Of a DNA stretch of 48,497 nucleotides, positions 1 to 10,775 are shown piece by piece. The position numbers were made by a program, and so were the translations under genes. Location: assembly GCF_001194135.2 (NCBI RefSeq), contig NC_068981.1, forward strand, positions 4,336,777-4,385,273, written 5' to 3'. A model generated the notes under the pieces. It did no database searches. It had not been told where the DNA came from and saw only the letters and a list, made by a program, of their open reading frames with translations. Within the stretch, counting starts at the first letter, position 1. Every line of letters starts with the position of its first letter. This DNA is from Octopus bimaculoides (taxonomy: Eukaryota).

Positions 1-308
1 TTAATTTATATAGCAATCAGAAAATGGAGGGGAATATGTGGTATTCATCAACTTGCAGACATTGTATTGTGTCAATTTACCTGTTTATTTTTCAACTAAG
101 AGGACAGGACAATAAAAACAATATACAAACACATATGATATATTATGTCATAATATATAGTGTGAGAGAAAGTACAGTTAAAATTATTTCCTAGAGAACT
201 TCAGTAAAATCGATCTGGTTTCCTTTGATAACAGCAAACCCTCTAATAAATGCAGCCCTTTGTTGGAATTAAATTATTAACCTAGTGTTTTAATGTTCTA
301 CCTTGTAG

Positions 309-467
309 GTTCCTTGTGATGCAAATATTATTGTGAAAAGCAGTCAGAGTCGTGGCAGTGGTAAGCACCAACAGTTAGAAGTTTTTGATGTGGAACCGTC
401 AAAAGCCCAAATCCTCAACCATAGTCATTTCTTTGTCACAATCACATTTTCTCCCCTGACAATGCAG
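309..467 (+). CDS. HYDIN: HYDIN exon 1 of 25 in window (phase 0-0)
   Basis: ttgtag|GTT...ATGCAG|gtaatt; VPCDANIIVKSSQSRGSGKHQQLEVFDVEPSKAQILNHSHFFVTITFSPLTMQ resembles HYDIN as I recall it (FEVEPSK...SH.F.TV.F.P..MQ). Confidence 0.9.
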
Positions 468-999
468 GTAATTCCAAATTTCACTCGAAAAAGTTATCTA
501 TAATTTACTAAAACACAAAACTCATTCTTTTCTTCCTTTTTCTTTCTCCATTCCAATTATTGTATTCTCATTTAATCTCTACATTTTAATTTTCAATGTT
601 TTTGTTTTATAAAAAGTAATTCTTTTTATTTAATTAACCAAGGTTTCAATGCCAGTTGACTTCCACTGTTCCCTATTTTATTACAGATGCTTCTAATTTA
701 TTAAAAAAAAGTATTTTATAAGGAATAGGTGTACGCATTGCTGTGTGGTTGACCAGCTTGCTTCCCAACCACTTGGCCCCTGGTTCACTTCCATTGCATG
801 GCACCTTGGGAAGCTGTCTTCTACAAGTGTGTGTAGTGCTCTTTTTACTCATTGCATTTCATCAAGCCTAGTATGTGCACTCACCCTGCACCTCTTATGT
901 TAATTCCTCCTCCTCTCTCTCTCTCTCTCTCTCACTTTCTCTCTTCCCCTCTCTGTATAATGTAAGGCGTCATTGGAAAAATCAACCAAACAACCACCC

Positions 1000-1755
1000 A
1001 ATATTTATATAATCGGCTGTTATTATGTTATTGATAACACCAAGAAGAAAGTGTTTTTTTTTCCATTCACCAAAGTGAATGGAGCTTTGGCCAGGAGGAA
1101 CTAATGTCATCAGATGGTCTCCAACGATCATCAGGTGCTTTGACCCTGAACCATAACATCCACCTCCTGTTGGTGGGTCAGCAGAGGTGGCTGAGTCACT
1201 GCTCCTCATCTCTTCCTGGCTTCTGGATTAACTCCTCTATCTTGCTCCATAACCAGCAAGGGACTCTTTCTGCTGCCTCTCCCATCCTGTGCACAGCTAC
1301 CCTTCACTCCTTACCTTTCATTCCAATACCTGTAAGCATCCTCCATTCCAACTGAGCAGGGAATCCCCTACAGCCAACCTCAACTGAGAAAAGCCCTATC
1401 TGCCATCTCTTCTCCCTGCAATCCTGCAGAAGGCTCCCATACTTGGCACGCTTCCATTCATGGGCCTCATCGCATCCCTCTTCCCACGGGACTCTTATGA
1501 TAATTTTCTTGGCCTTTTCAGACCACAGGACCATATCTGGCCTCAGGGTGTTTGCAATCTCTCCCCTAGGTCCACTTGCAAGTCCCATGGTTGAAATGCA
1601 TGCAGCTCCATAACCAGCATGAGGCTCTTTCTGCTGCCTCTCCCATCCTGTTCACAGCCACCTTTACCTCTTTTTCTCTCATTCCAATGGCTGTAAGCAT
1701 TTTCCATACCAATTGGATAAGGAATCCCCTCTAGCCAGCGTAAGTTGGGAAACTT
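1000..1755 (-). mobile_element. Decayed non-LTR retrotransposon 3' end with restriction-like endonuclease (HERO-like), two partial copies in tandem
   Basis: Minus ORF 1304-1588 LRPDMVLWS...VPWEEGCDEAHEWKRAKY...VEVGCRGF is a PD-(D/E)xK RLE motif; 1238-1400 is repeated, diverged, at 1605-1755. Confidence 0.8.
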
Positions 1756-1770
1756 GTGATTATATCAATA

Positions 1771-1926
1771 CAGGGGCGGGCTGAGAGTATTAAGGGCCCT
1801 CAGGCATAACTATTTACCAGACCCCTTAGCATTGATATCAGTAGAGTTAACATGTAGAGTGTGGGTCCCACAGAGCTCCAGGCTCTTGGGCAGTGCCCGA
1901 TTGACCGAAGGCTCAGTCTGCCCCTG
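1771..1926. mobile_element. hAT-type MITE
   Basis: TIRs CAGGGGCGGGCTGAG / CTCAGTCTGCCCCTG; perfect 8-bp TSD TATCAATA at 1763-1770 and 1927-1934. Confidence 0.88.
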
Positions 1927-1984
1927 TATCAATATGATTTTATAGTGTAATACTTATTTTAATTAATTTTTTTGACAAATAATT

Positions 1985-2398
1985 AACCTGATTGTGTGGT
2001 AAGAAGCTTGCTTCCCAACCACATGGTTCTGAGTTCAGTTCCACTGATTGGCACCTTGGGTAAGTGTCTTCTACTATAGCCTTGGGTCATCCGAAGCCTT
2101 GTGAGTGGATTTGGTAGATGGAGACTGAAAGAAGCCTGTCTTGTATAAGTGTTTTGTGTGTGTGTGTGTGAGTGTGTTTCTATGTTTATCCACCAACACT
2201 GTTTGACAACTGGTGTTGGTGTGTTTATGTTCCCATAACTTAGCAGTTGTGCAAAAAGAGGCTGATAGATAAGTACCAGGCATGGCAAAAAAAAAAAAAA
2301 AGTTCTGGGGTCATTTCATTTGACTAAATATTTTTCAAGGCAGTGCCCCAGCATGGCCACAGTCTACTGACTGAAAGAGGCAAACAATAAAAGACGTA
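1985..2398 (+). mobile_element. tRNA-headed CORE-like SINE (family A), full length
   Basis: Head TGTGTGGTAAG...GAGTTCAGTTCC, core TGGCACCTTGGG.AAGTGTCTT, central (TG)n, tail ending near AAACAATAAAAGA. Further full or partial copies near 727, 2761, 12920, 14185, 14797, 19621, 21250, 25915, 26343, 44830 (+) and 9817, 10395, 32175, 35500 (-). Confidence 0.85.
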
Positions 2399-2457
2399 AG
2401 CATTTATGTTGGAAACCCTTTCTGATTTGATTTCATTCTTTTGCCATAATTTTGCAG

Positions 2458-2685
2458 ATGTACACGACCACTTTTGAAGTTTCCGTAGAATCCCCTATGA
2501 ACATCAAACCCGAATCGCTTATATTCGAAATCGCTGGTGAAGGTGTCCTGCCCAGAGCTGTTGTCAGCCAACCAAGCAATCGTAACCAGAATGGACAACC
2601 ATTGCTCCTATTCAAACAAAACTTTGTTGGAGATTCTGAAACATTAAAAATAGTGATTACAAATGAAGCTTCTCTTCCTTGCAAG
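2458..2685 (+). CDS. HYDIN: HYDIN exon 2 (phase 0-0)
   Basis: ttgcag|ATG...TGCAAG|gtttgt; MYTTTFEVSVES...FEIAGEGVLPRAVVSQPSNRNQNGQPLLLFKQ...NEASLPCK. Confidence 0.93.
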
Positions 2686-2941
2686 GTTTGTATCATATTT
2701 TCATTTCATTCAGAAAATACCGTTGATGATAGACATTTTCTATTTTTTACTAATAGGCACAGGAGTGCTGTGTGGTATCGATGCCAATGTAGCTTTGTGG
2801 TCAAGACGCTTGCTTTCCAACCATGTGGTCTTGGGTTCAGTCCCACTGTGCAGTACCTTAGACAACTGTCTTCTACTATAGCTCTGGACTGACCAAAACA
2901 TTGCTAATCAACTTGGTAGGCAGAAATGAAAAGAAACCCAT

Positions 2942-2978
<37 letters not shown>

Positions 2979-4024
2979 CCTTGTCTAGACATCACATGAT
3001 GATTGTAAACTAGTAAGGGATGTTGTTCGTTTCCAATCTTCCATGAGAAACATTTCTGGCCGTTGGGGAAATATCCCTTGCTTGAGGTTGGCAACAGGAT
3101 GGGCATCCAACTGTAGGAAATTTGCTTCAATAACCTCTGTCTAGCCCATGCAAGCATGGAAAACTGAAGGTTGAATATACAAATATATACCTGTGTGTAT
3201 GTGTGTATACATATAGTTAATAAAAAAAAAAAACGGAGAAAAAGACAAGACAAAAAAACAACAACACAAGGACATGCAAAGTATTAATAACACACTCAGG
3301 GAAGAAAGAAAGGGTATTTTATGTTTTGAGCAAAGCTCTTCTTCAGAAACAGGAGTCAGAAGAAAGTCTAAAAGAAAAGGAAAATGGAGAGAAAAAAATG
3401 CCAATCCACATTTAGTTACATATATATATATATATACTTCATACAAGCTGATATGGTCTTTTATTGTTGGTATGTTGAAAATAAAAGCTGTATCAGGCAT
3501 TGCTTGATATTTTAAATGTCAGAGACAAGTGAAGTGTTGGCTGTATTCTGCTTGAAAGGTCGTTCCTGGTTCCCATTGGATTTGCTAGGCCACATGATAG
3601 AAATTGAAATTTCTACTGTCACCTGTAACCTCCCTGGCTCAGTCAAAAGAAATCTTAGTCATGAGTGCTAGTGCCACAAAAACTAAAAGAAGCACCTAGT
3701 ACACATTGTAAAGTGGTTGGCATTATGATGGGCAACCAGCCTTAGAAACCAGCCAAAGTAAATATTGGAACATGATGCAGTCCTTGGATGCATCAGATCC
3801 TGTCAAACCATCCTGTTCATACCAACGTGGAACATGGGTGTTAAATAATGAGGACAACGTTTTGCTTGTTATTAATCAAATTATTGATTAATGAGTAAAT
3901 AATTAATTACAATCAAATTCATTCTCAATCCATAACATATCGATATTTTCAAAATTCTTCCTTTCCTCTGCCGTTTGTAATTAATTTATGTAAATGACCA
4001 CTGTAATGCCAATCTCTTTGTTAG

Positions 4025-4121
4025 GTTGATCTTGATTTGATTGACACAGAAGATGTCTTCTCACTGAAACCAGTCGTTAACAAACTTAAAGTTGATGAAT
4101 TCACCCAACAAACGGAACAAT
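4025..4121 (+). CDS. HYDIN: HYDIN exon 3 (phase 0-1)
   Basis: ttag|GTT...CAAT|gtaagt; VDLDLIDTEDVFSLKPVVNKLKVDEFTQQTEQ; phase fits neighbours. Confidence 0.88.
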
Positions 4122-4145
4122 GTAAGTTTTTCTTAAGATTCTTTA

Positions 4146-5793
4146 TTGTGCTGAGTCAAACGTTTTGCAATATTTTGGTAACTTATTCGCGTTATTTATC
4201 AAGTTACAAAAAAAATAACAGCCTAACATTCAAAGTAGAGGCCATTGTGTTGCACCATCAGAAGCCAGCTTTCTGCCAGTTCTTTGATTCCACATTGACA
4301 CCAGTTCTTGTCCTTTGAGGTGAAGAAATTCTTCACAGAAGCTTCCACTTCCTTTTGGTTGATGAAGCATCACAAGCACAGGAAGTGAGCCATGGGTTGG
4401 GGCAATAATCCAAAGCAGATATTTTTCTGCAATCTTAACCCTTTCGTTACCGCATTTCTGTTGAGATGCTCTCTGTTTCAATTACTTTAAATATAACAAA
4501 GAATTTAGTAAAATAACTAAGTTATCATTAAGCTAGTGTTAGGAACATAAATTGTGACTAAGGTTTGGTGGAAGATTTTAATTCAAAACTTATGAAAGCA
4601 AGACATTTGTACTACAGAGCCAGAGCTGGTTTCAGCCAGGTTGGTATCAAAAGGGTTAAGAATTCTTTCTCTCTTATATATCTTAACCCTTTCTTTTGAA
4701 ATGCTCTGTGTTTCTTTCAATTAATTTTGAATATAACAAAGAATTTAATAAAATAACTTAGTTATCATTAAGCTAGTGTTAGGAACATTGATTGTGACTA
4801 AGGTTTGGTGGAAGATTTTAATTCAGAACTTTTGAAAACAAGACATTTGTACTACAGAGCCAGAGGTGATTTCAGCTAGGTTGGTATCGAAAGATTTAAG
4901 AATTGTTTCTCTATTATATATTTTAACCCTTTTGTTACTGTATTTATTTTGAGATGCTCTGTGTTTCTTTCAATTAATTTTGAATATAACAAAGAATTTA
5001 GTTATCATTAAGCTAGTTATCATTAAGCTAGTATTAGGAATGTAAATTGTGACTAAGGTTTGGTGGAAGATTTTAATTCAAAACTAAATGAAACAAGACA
5101 TTTGTGCTCAGAGCCAGAGGCGGTTTCATCCAGGTTAGTAATGAAAGGGTTAATGTGCATAAGCAGTGGTTAATTAAGCAAGGACTAGCTTCCAAAACCT
5201 CCAGTCTTTTCAGCTATCTAATAATTTCCTGATTATTCTGGCCGTGCCAAAAAGGCAAACCTTTTGAACCAGTATTCAAAACCTAGTTTTGAATACAAGG
5301 TGATGGAATTATGGGATAATTCACTACAAGTTTATTCTAAACGGTTGGTGTGACAAAAGTGCCCAGGATTGGTAAAGCAAAAGTGAGCTCTTCTGCAGCA
5401 AGACAACACAAGACTTCACACTGTTCAAATGATCAGAAATAAACTCCAGAAACTTGAAGGAATCAAACTGATGCCACTCCCAGCATACAGACAGGACCTA
5501 GCCTCCCTTGGATTATTACTGGTTCCAATCCATGGCTCATTTCCTTCACTCATGACACTTAATCAACCAAGAGGAGGTGGAAGCTTCTGTGAAGGGATTC
5601 TTCATCTCAAAGGACAAGAACTGGTATCAGCATGGGATCAAAGAACTGGCAAAAAAAAAAAAGCGGGGGGGGGGGGCTTCAGACAGTGCAACACGATTGG
5701 CCCCTACTTGCAATGCTAGGCTGCTTTTCTTGTAACTTGATAAATAAAGTGAATAAGTTACCAAAATATTGCAAAACTTTTCACTCAGCACAA
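4146..5793. mobile_element. Mariner-derived fold-back: inverted right end (4146-4415) plus transposase C-terminal remnant and right end (5160-5793)
   Basis: 5400-5700 encodes a decayed mariner C-terminus (KLQKLEGIKLMPLPAYRQDLA, from the PHPPYSPDLAPSDY motif; then EEVEASVK.F); both outer ends read ...CTCAGCACAA followed by TA. Confidence 0.8.
4435..5153 (+). mobile_element. Three tandem piggyBac-type MITEs (about 210-225 bp each)
   Basis: TTAA-CCCTT...AAGGG-TTAA units at 4439-4655, 4687-4895, 4927-5149 with similar 23-bp spacers. Confidence 0.8.
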
Positions 5794-6187
5794 TATTTTT
5801 ACTTATTGTTTTCTTTCAAATTTTGGCACAGAAAAGGCCACCAAGCATTTTGTTCAAGACGCTAACAACTTCGCCAGTTGGCTGCCCCATGGCATCAGTT
5901 AGTCATTATCATTTTATGTTTACTTTTCCATGCTTACATGGATCAGATAGAATTCATTGAGGAAGATTCTGTATGACTGGATGTCTTTCCTGTCACTAAC
6001 CCTCATCTGTTGCCAAGTAAGCTAATATTCTCTTGTGACCAGACATGTTTTTATGGAAGATTGGAAACAAAGTGCACCACTTGTATGATGGTTGACACTT
6101 GTTTTACAACTGTCACACAACCTCAAGATGAAAAGGCACAAACAAACTCACACACACACACATATGTGCATATCTATATCACACACA

Positions 6188-6218
6188 CCTGGGTTCTCAT
6201 TCCTAAGGTATTTTTTGA

Positions 6219-6253
<35 letters not shown>

Positions 6254-6525
6254 TCACTGCCTGGAATTGAACTCAGAATCTTGGGGTTAGTAGCCTGCAC
6301 TCTTAACCACTATGCCATATGCCCATGGCATATATAATAACATCGAAAAATACCTTAGGAGTGAGAGCCCAGGTTTGAAATTTCCCCAAGACACCTGATG
6401 ACGGCTGGAGGGTATATCAGCTGAAACGTTGTGTTAACAACAAACAAGATGAGGACAAATATCCATCAAATGTAAATAATGTAAATAATATTCATAATTC
6501 TTCATCTCTTAAATATGGAACTGTA
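6188..6525. mobile_element. tRNA-headed, hammerhead-containing repeat (family C), inverted arrangement
   Basis: Minus head with A box TGGCATAGTGG and B box GAGTTCAATTCC, then (TAA)n; the plus-strand body contains the hammerhead and TGTAAATAA repeats. Confidence 0.8.
6390..6435 (+). ncRNA. Minimal type I hammerhead ribozyme motif (Penelope-type)
   Basis: GACAC-CUGAUGA-C-GGCUG(GAGGGUAUAU)CAGCU-GAAA-CGU-U-GUGUU; intact core, palindromic ACGU stem III, GUU triplet. Confidence 0.75.
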
Positions 6526-6951
6526 TTATCCAGTTCTAGCGTTGCGAAAAACAAAAGGCACCCAGAACACTCAGTTGTTGAGTTGAGGGCTGTGAGAACC
6601 CTTTAGATTTGTATAATATAACAACCTCACTAGTGCTGGTGTCATGATAAAATGATTCCAGTACATTCTGTAAAATGGTTGGTATTAGAAAGGGCATCTC
6701 ACCATAGAAACCAGGCTAAAAATAAAAGTTATGAACCAGATGTAGTCCCTTAACCCAGCTAGAAGAACAGGAACAACCATGTTAGTAAGGAAAGTAGAAA
6801 TGATATTCTAATGACAGCCTGGAGAAGTAAACAGGGAAATCATAAAAATGTTGATGATTTAACAGTTAAAAGTTGTTTAATATTTGTTTCATTTTAAACC
6901 AATTTCACTGAATTCTCTGGAAAAGATTGTTTTATGTTTTATATATTTTAG

Positions 6952-7209
6952 CTGTTAAAAAACAGTTGCATACTGCATCAGTCAGCCTTGATTGTAACCA
7001 GAAAGCTGAATTTGATGTGACCTTTCAACCCAAAGAAGCTGTTAAAAGCCAGGCCTATGTGCATCTGGTGGTTCATGACAATCCATACGAGAGTACATCG
7101 ATACTTTTGGTTGGCGAAGGTTACTTTGAAGAAATCACATTTGATGACATTTATCTGGATCCAATGCTGGAATTGAAATACCAGCATGAAGTACTTGGAA
7201 AGAACCAAA
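6952..7209 (+). CDS. HYDIN: HYDIN exon 4 (phase 1-1, 258 nt)
   Basis: ttttag|CTGTT...CCAAA|gtatgt; HTASVSLDCNQKAEFDVTFQPK...VVHDNPYESTSILLVGEGYFEEITFDDI. Confidence 0.93.
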
Positions 7210-7739
7210 GTATGTAATCATTTTACGCATTCATGTTTATTTTGTTAATTAATCGCTTAGTCGAGAGTCGTTAGGATCGAGTTGACTGTTGTTAGGTGCA
7301 AGTGTGGTTGTTTGGTAAATGTTATGCAAATTAATGTTATGCAAATTGTGCTATGATTTGAGTGACTTCCCTTGATATAAAGGGCATGCTCATTTGATGC
7401 TCTCAGGGAGAGAGTGGCCATTTTGAATAACATAGGTTGAATTGAGAATATCATGGATAACACTATATGACACCTTACTACTTTAGACTATGACTGGAAA
7501 TATATATATATGAATCAATACAGTTTAATTCAAATTTGTTGTTACTCTTGAGTTTCAAGTATGATGCTAGTCATCAGCCATTTTGTAACTCCCAATAAAT
7601 CGGCTGAGTGCCCTTCCTTCATTTGTCTACTCGCTCGTATATACATATATATATCCATATATATATATATCCATATATATATATATATATATTATGATAG
7701 ATCGCTGACCTAACACCATTCAATTTTTTTTCTCCGTAT

Positions 7740-7776
7740 TCTTTCTGTTGAAGAGCGTAGCTCGAAACGTTAAAGA
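7740..7776 (+). ncRNA. Minimal type I hammerhead variant (A6U)
   Basis: UCUUU-CUGUUGA-A-GAGC(GUA)GCUC-GAAA-CGU-U-AAAGA; perfect stems I and II, ACGU palindrome. Confidence 0.6.
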
Positions 7777-7872
7777 CTTTCTCTATTCCCGAGCGTTAAA
7801 CTAATACATCCTTTTGTTGTTTACACCACCTGTCATCGTCTGTTGTTGTTTTTTTCGTAAATNNNNNNNNNN

Positions 7873-7921
<49 letters not shown>

Positions 7922-7949
7922 ATTTGTGTTGTCTTCCTTCTCGTTACAG

Positions 7950-8224
7950 TCAGAAAAGCTAATACGATGTTGTTTGGGGATTGTCACATTGGGAAAGCCA
8001 AGACACAGAGTTTAACCATCACAAACCGATGCCAACAAGAAACCATTTGTTTCCAATGGCTGACCAAAGAACCATTAACGTTTTCCCCCCAGATGGGACA
8101 CCTACGTCCTGGTCAATCTAAAAATGTCGTTCTAACATTCAAGTCCTACAAACCTATCGTCCTTCAAGAAGAGGTCATACCGTGTGCAGTGAAGAAAATC
8201 ACTTTTGAGAAACCACTCTCTCAG
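7950..8224 (+). CDS. HYDIN: HYDIN exon 5 (phase 1-0)
   Basis: ttacag|TC...TCTCAG|gtaaaa; MLFGDCHIGKAKTQSLTITN...FSPQMGHLRPGQSKNVVLTFKS. Confidence 0.93.
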
Positions 8225-8231
8225 GTAAAAA

Positions 8232-8420
8232 TATCCATCATCATCATCATCATCATCATCATTAACTTCAACATCATCATCATCGTCTTCATCATCATCA
8301 TCATCATTAACTTCAACATCATCATCATCATCATTAACTTCAACATCATCATCATCATCATTAACTTCAACATCATCATCATCGTCTTCATCATCATCAT
8401 CATCATCCTCCTCATCATTC
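8232..8420. repeat. Compound (CAT)n / TAACTTCAA minisatellite
   Basis: Visible repeats starting 8 nt after the exon 5 donor. Confidence 0.9.
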
Positions 8421-8453
8421 CATAGTAATCTAAACACTACTTGTGTGAAGGTA

Positions 8454-8760
8454 CATGGCTGAGTGGTTAGGATATTCAGCTTGCAATCATAAGGTTATGA
8501 GTTCAATTCCTGGCGATGCAGTGCATCCTTGAGCAAGGCACTTTATTTTGCATTGTTCCAGTCCACTTGGCTGGCATAAACGAGCAGTACTTGTAATTCA
8601 AAGGGCCAACCTTGTTGAATTCTGTGTCCTGCTGAATTTCCTCGAGAACTACATTAAGCGTAGGTGTGTGTGTGTGGAGTACTCAGCCACTTGTATGAGC
8701 AGGCTGGTCTGTTAATTCGACCGACTGGAAACCTTGTCTTCATAACTGATGGAGTGCCAG
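8454..8760 (+). mobile_element. tRNA-headed SINE (family F)
   Basis: TGGCTGAGTGGTTAG...GAGTTCAATTCC head and CTTGAGCAAGGCACTTTA core; homologous copies at 20712-21030 and 40963-41215; same head type with a different body at 33326-33545. Confidence 0.8.
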
Positions 8761-8924
8761 TCTTACTTGAGTGAAATCAATGGAGAAGTTGGTAAAGGTT
8801 CAGTGTACATGCTAGAAATAACAACCAATTCTCCCTCAAATCACAGCATTATTATCTTAAGATAAGTAAAACATATCGGACAATGTAATCTTAGGTGTGT
8901 GAGTAAAAGAAAGATGGTTTAGAC

Positions 8925-9729
8925 CAGGGGTGGGGAAACCCCTGCCCACAGGCGCAATTGTGCCTGTGAGCCCATTCAATTGCGCCTGCAGGCTGGTATA
9001 CTCGTATGTACAAAATATAATAAATTTTTCATTTCTAAAATTTATACAATATATTCCTATGCCTATTTGCAACATAGGTCACCTTACTGACACTTGTGCC
9101 AGTGGCATGTGAGCAAAACATTGGACTGACTCCTGTGCAGGTGGCACGTAAAAAAGCACCATTTGAGCGTGGCTGTTGCCAGTACTGCCGGACTGGCCCT
9201 TGTGCCGGTGGCATGTAAAAAGCACCCACTACATTCTCGGAGTGGCTGGCATTAGGAAGGGCATCCAATCTGTAGAAACACTGCCAGATTAGATTGAAGC
9301 CTGGTGCAGCCATCTGGTTTCACCAGTCCTCAGTCAAATCGTCCAACCCATGCTAGCATGGAAAGCAGACGTTAAAGGATGATGATGATGTCGCGTTTCC
9401 ACTGCAACTTGAACTGGTTAGACTCGAACGGAAAATTGTCCGGTAATTACCATTCGAATGGAAATTTTGTTTTCACTATAAAACACATATTGTTAGGTTT
9501 GTACCACCCCCTTGAGACCCAACTACACTTTAGCTGAAAGAATATAGAAACCTCATAATTAATATAAACATCCTAAATTCAGTGGCAGCGTTAATGAAGA
9601 TGTTACACGTTAATTTGATGTGTTAAACTTATCTTTATTAATGTATATCGAATTATGCATAGATATATACAAGATTTACACAGATATAAGAGTTAGAACT
9701 TGTGGCACTAAAAAGTTTCCCCACCCCTG
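8925..9729. mobile_element. hAT (Charlie-like) non-autonomous element with a nested RTE-type insertion
   Basis: Perfect 15-bp TIRs CAGGGGTGGGGAAAC / GTTTCCCCACCCCTG; degenerate TSD GTTTAGAC / GTTTGATT; family B copy with (GAT)n tail at about 9085-9390. Confidence 0.78.
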
Positions 9730-10775
9730 GTTTGATTACACTGAGCTGGAGCTAAGATATCACCCCTGTACCCGAGTCAGAGTAGCTTCAGGGTACCTGC
9801 GTTTTAAATGTATTCTTTGTGTCTTTTATATTTCACTTGTTTCAGTCATTGGGCTGCAGCCATTCTGGAGCACTGCCTCAAAGAGTTTTAGTTGAGCAAA
9901 TCAACCCCCATTGCTTATTTTTTAAGCCTAGTACTTATTCTGTTGGTCTCTTTTGCTGAACCGCTAGNNNNNNNNNNNNNNNNNNNNNNNNNNNNNNNNN
10001 NNNNNNNNNNNNNNNNNNNNNNNNNNNNNNNNNNNNNNNNNNNNNNNNNNNNNNNNNNNNNNNNNNNNNNNNNNNNNNNNNNNNNNNNNNNNNNNNNNNN
10101 NNNNNNNNNNNNNNNNNNNNNNNNNNNNNNNNNNNNNNNNNNNNNNNNNNNNNNNNNNNNNNNNNNNNNNNNNNNNNNNNNNNNNNNNNNNNNNNNNNNN
10201 TATATATATATATATCTCGTTTATTCAACATGCAGGAATTGAACACCTATTTTATATATCTTAAACTACCTGTGAAGAGATTCGACTTTCAAATAATTTT
10301 TAATTTAATTAATTAATTTTTTGAAGGTCTGGAATTGTTAATTTTTAATTAATAAATAATAATTTATTAATTACCTCTCTGTTTTCTCATCTTATTATAT
10401 ATATATATATATACATACACACACATGCATACATACACACACATACATACACACACATACATACATACATGATGTACTTCTTTGTAGTCTCTGATTACCA
10501 AATTCCCTCACAAGGCATTGGTACAGTAGAAGACACTTGTCCAAGATGCTGTGCAGTGGGACTGAACCATGAACCATGTTGTTGGGAAGCAAGCTTCTTA
10601 CCACGCAGCCATGCCTACACCTTTCATGGTCATTTATACACCATAGAAACCAGGTAACTGACCCCTATAATTTGAAGGGGACATTAGACAGGAATGTCCA
10701 GGGATGACCTTGACCAGACTGACATGATCGAATCCATATTGAAAGTGTTCCTTCTTTTTGGTTTTTTCCTTCTAG

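Noticed and set aside
1100-1160. Two CUGAUGA motifs on the minus strand in the HERO-like 3' UTR
   Set aside because: No correctly placed GAAA or consistent stems in this copy.
7814-8437. Long ORFs with poly-I, poly-D and poly-M tracts
   Set aside because: Produced by the (CAT)n minisatellite after the exon 5 donor; only 7950-8224 is coding.
9310-9340. CUGAGGA...GAAA on the minus strand of family B tails
   Set aside because: Only 5 nt lie between the boxes with no stem II; the GAAA sits in a simple hairpin and varies between copies.
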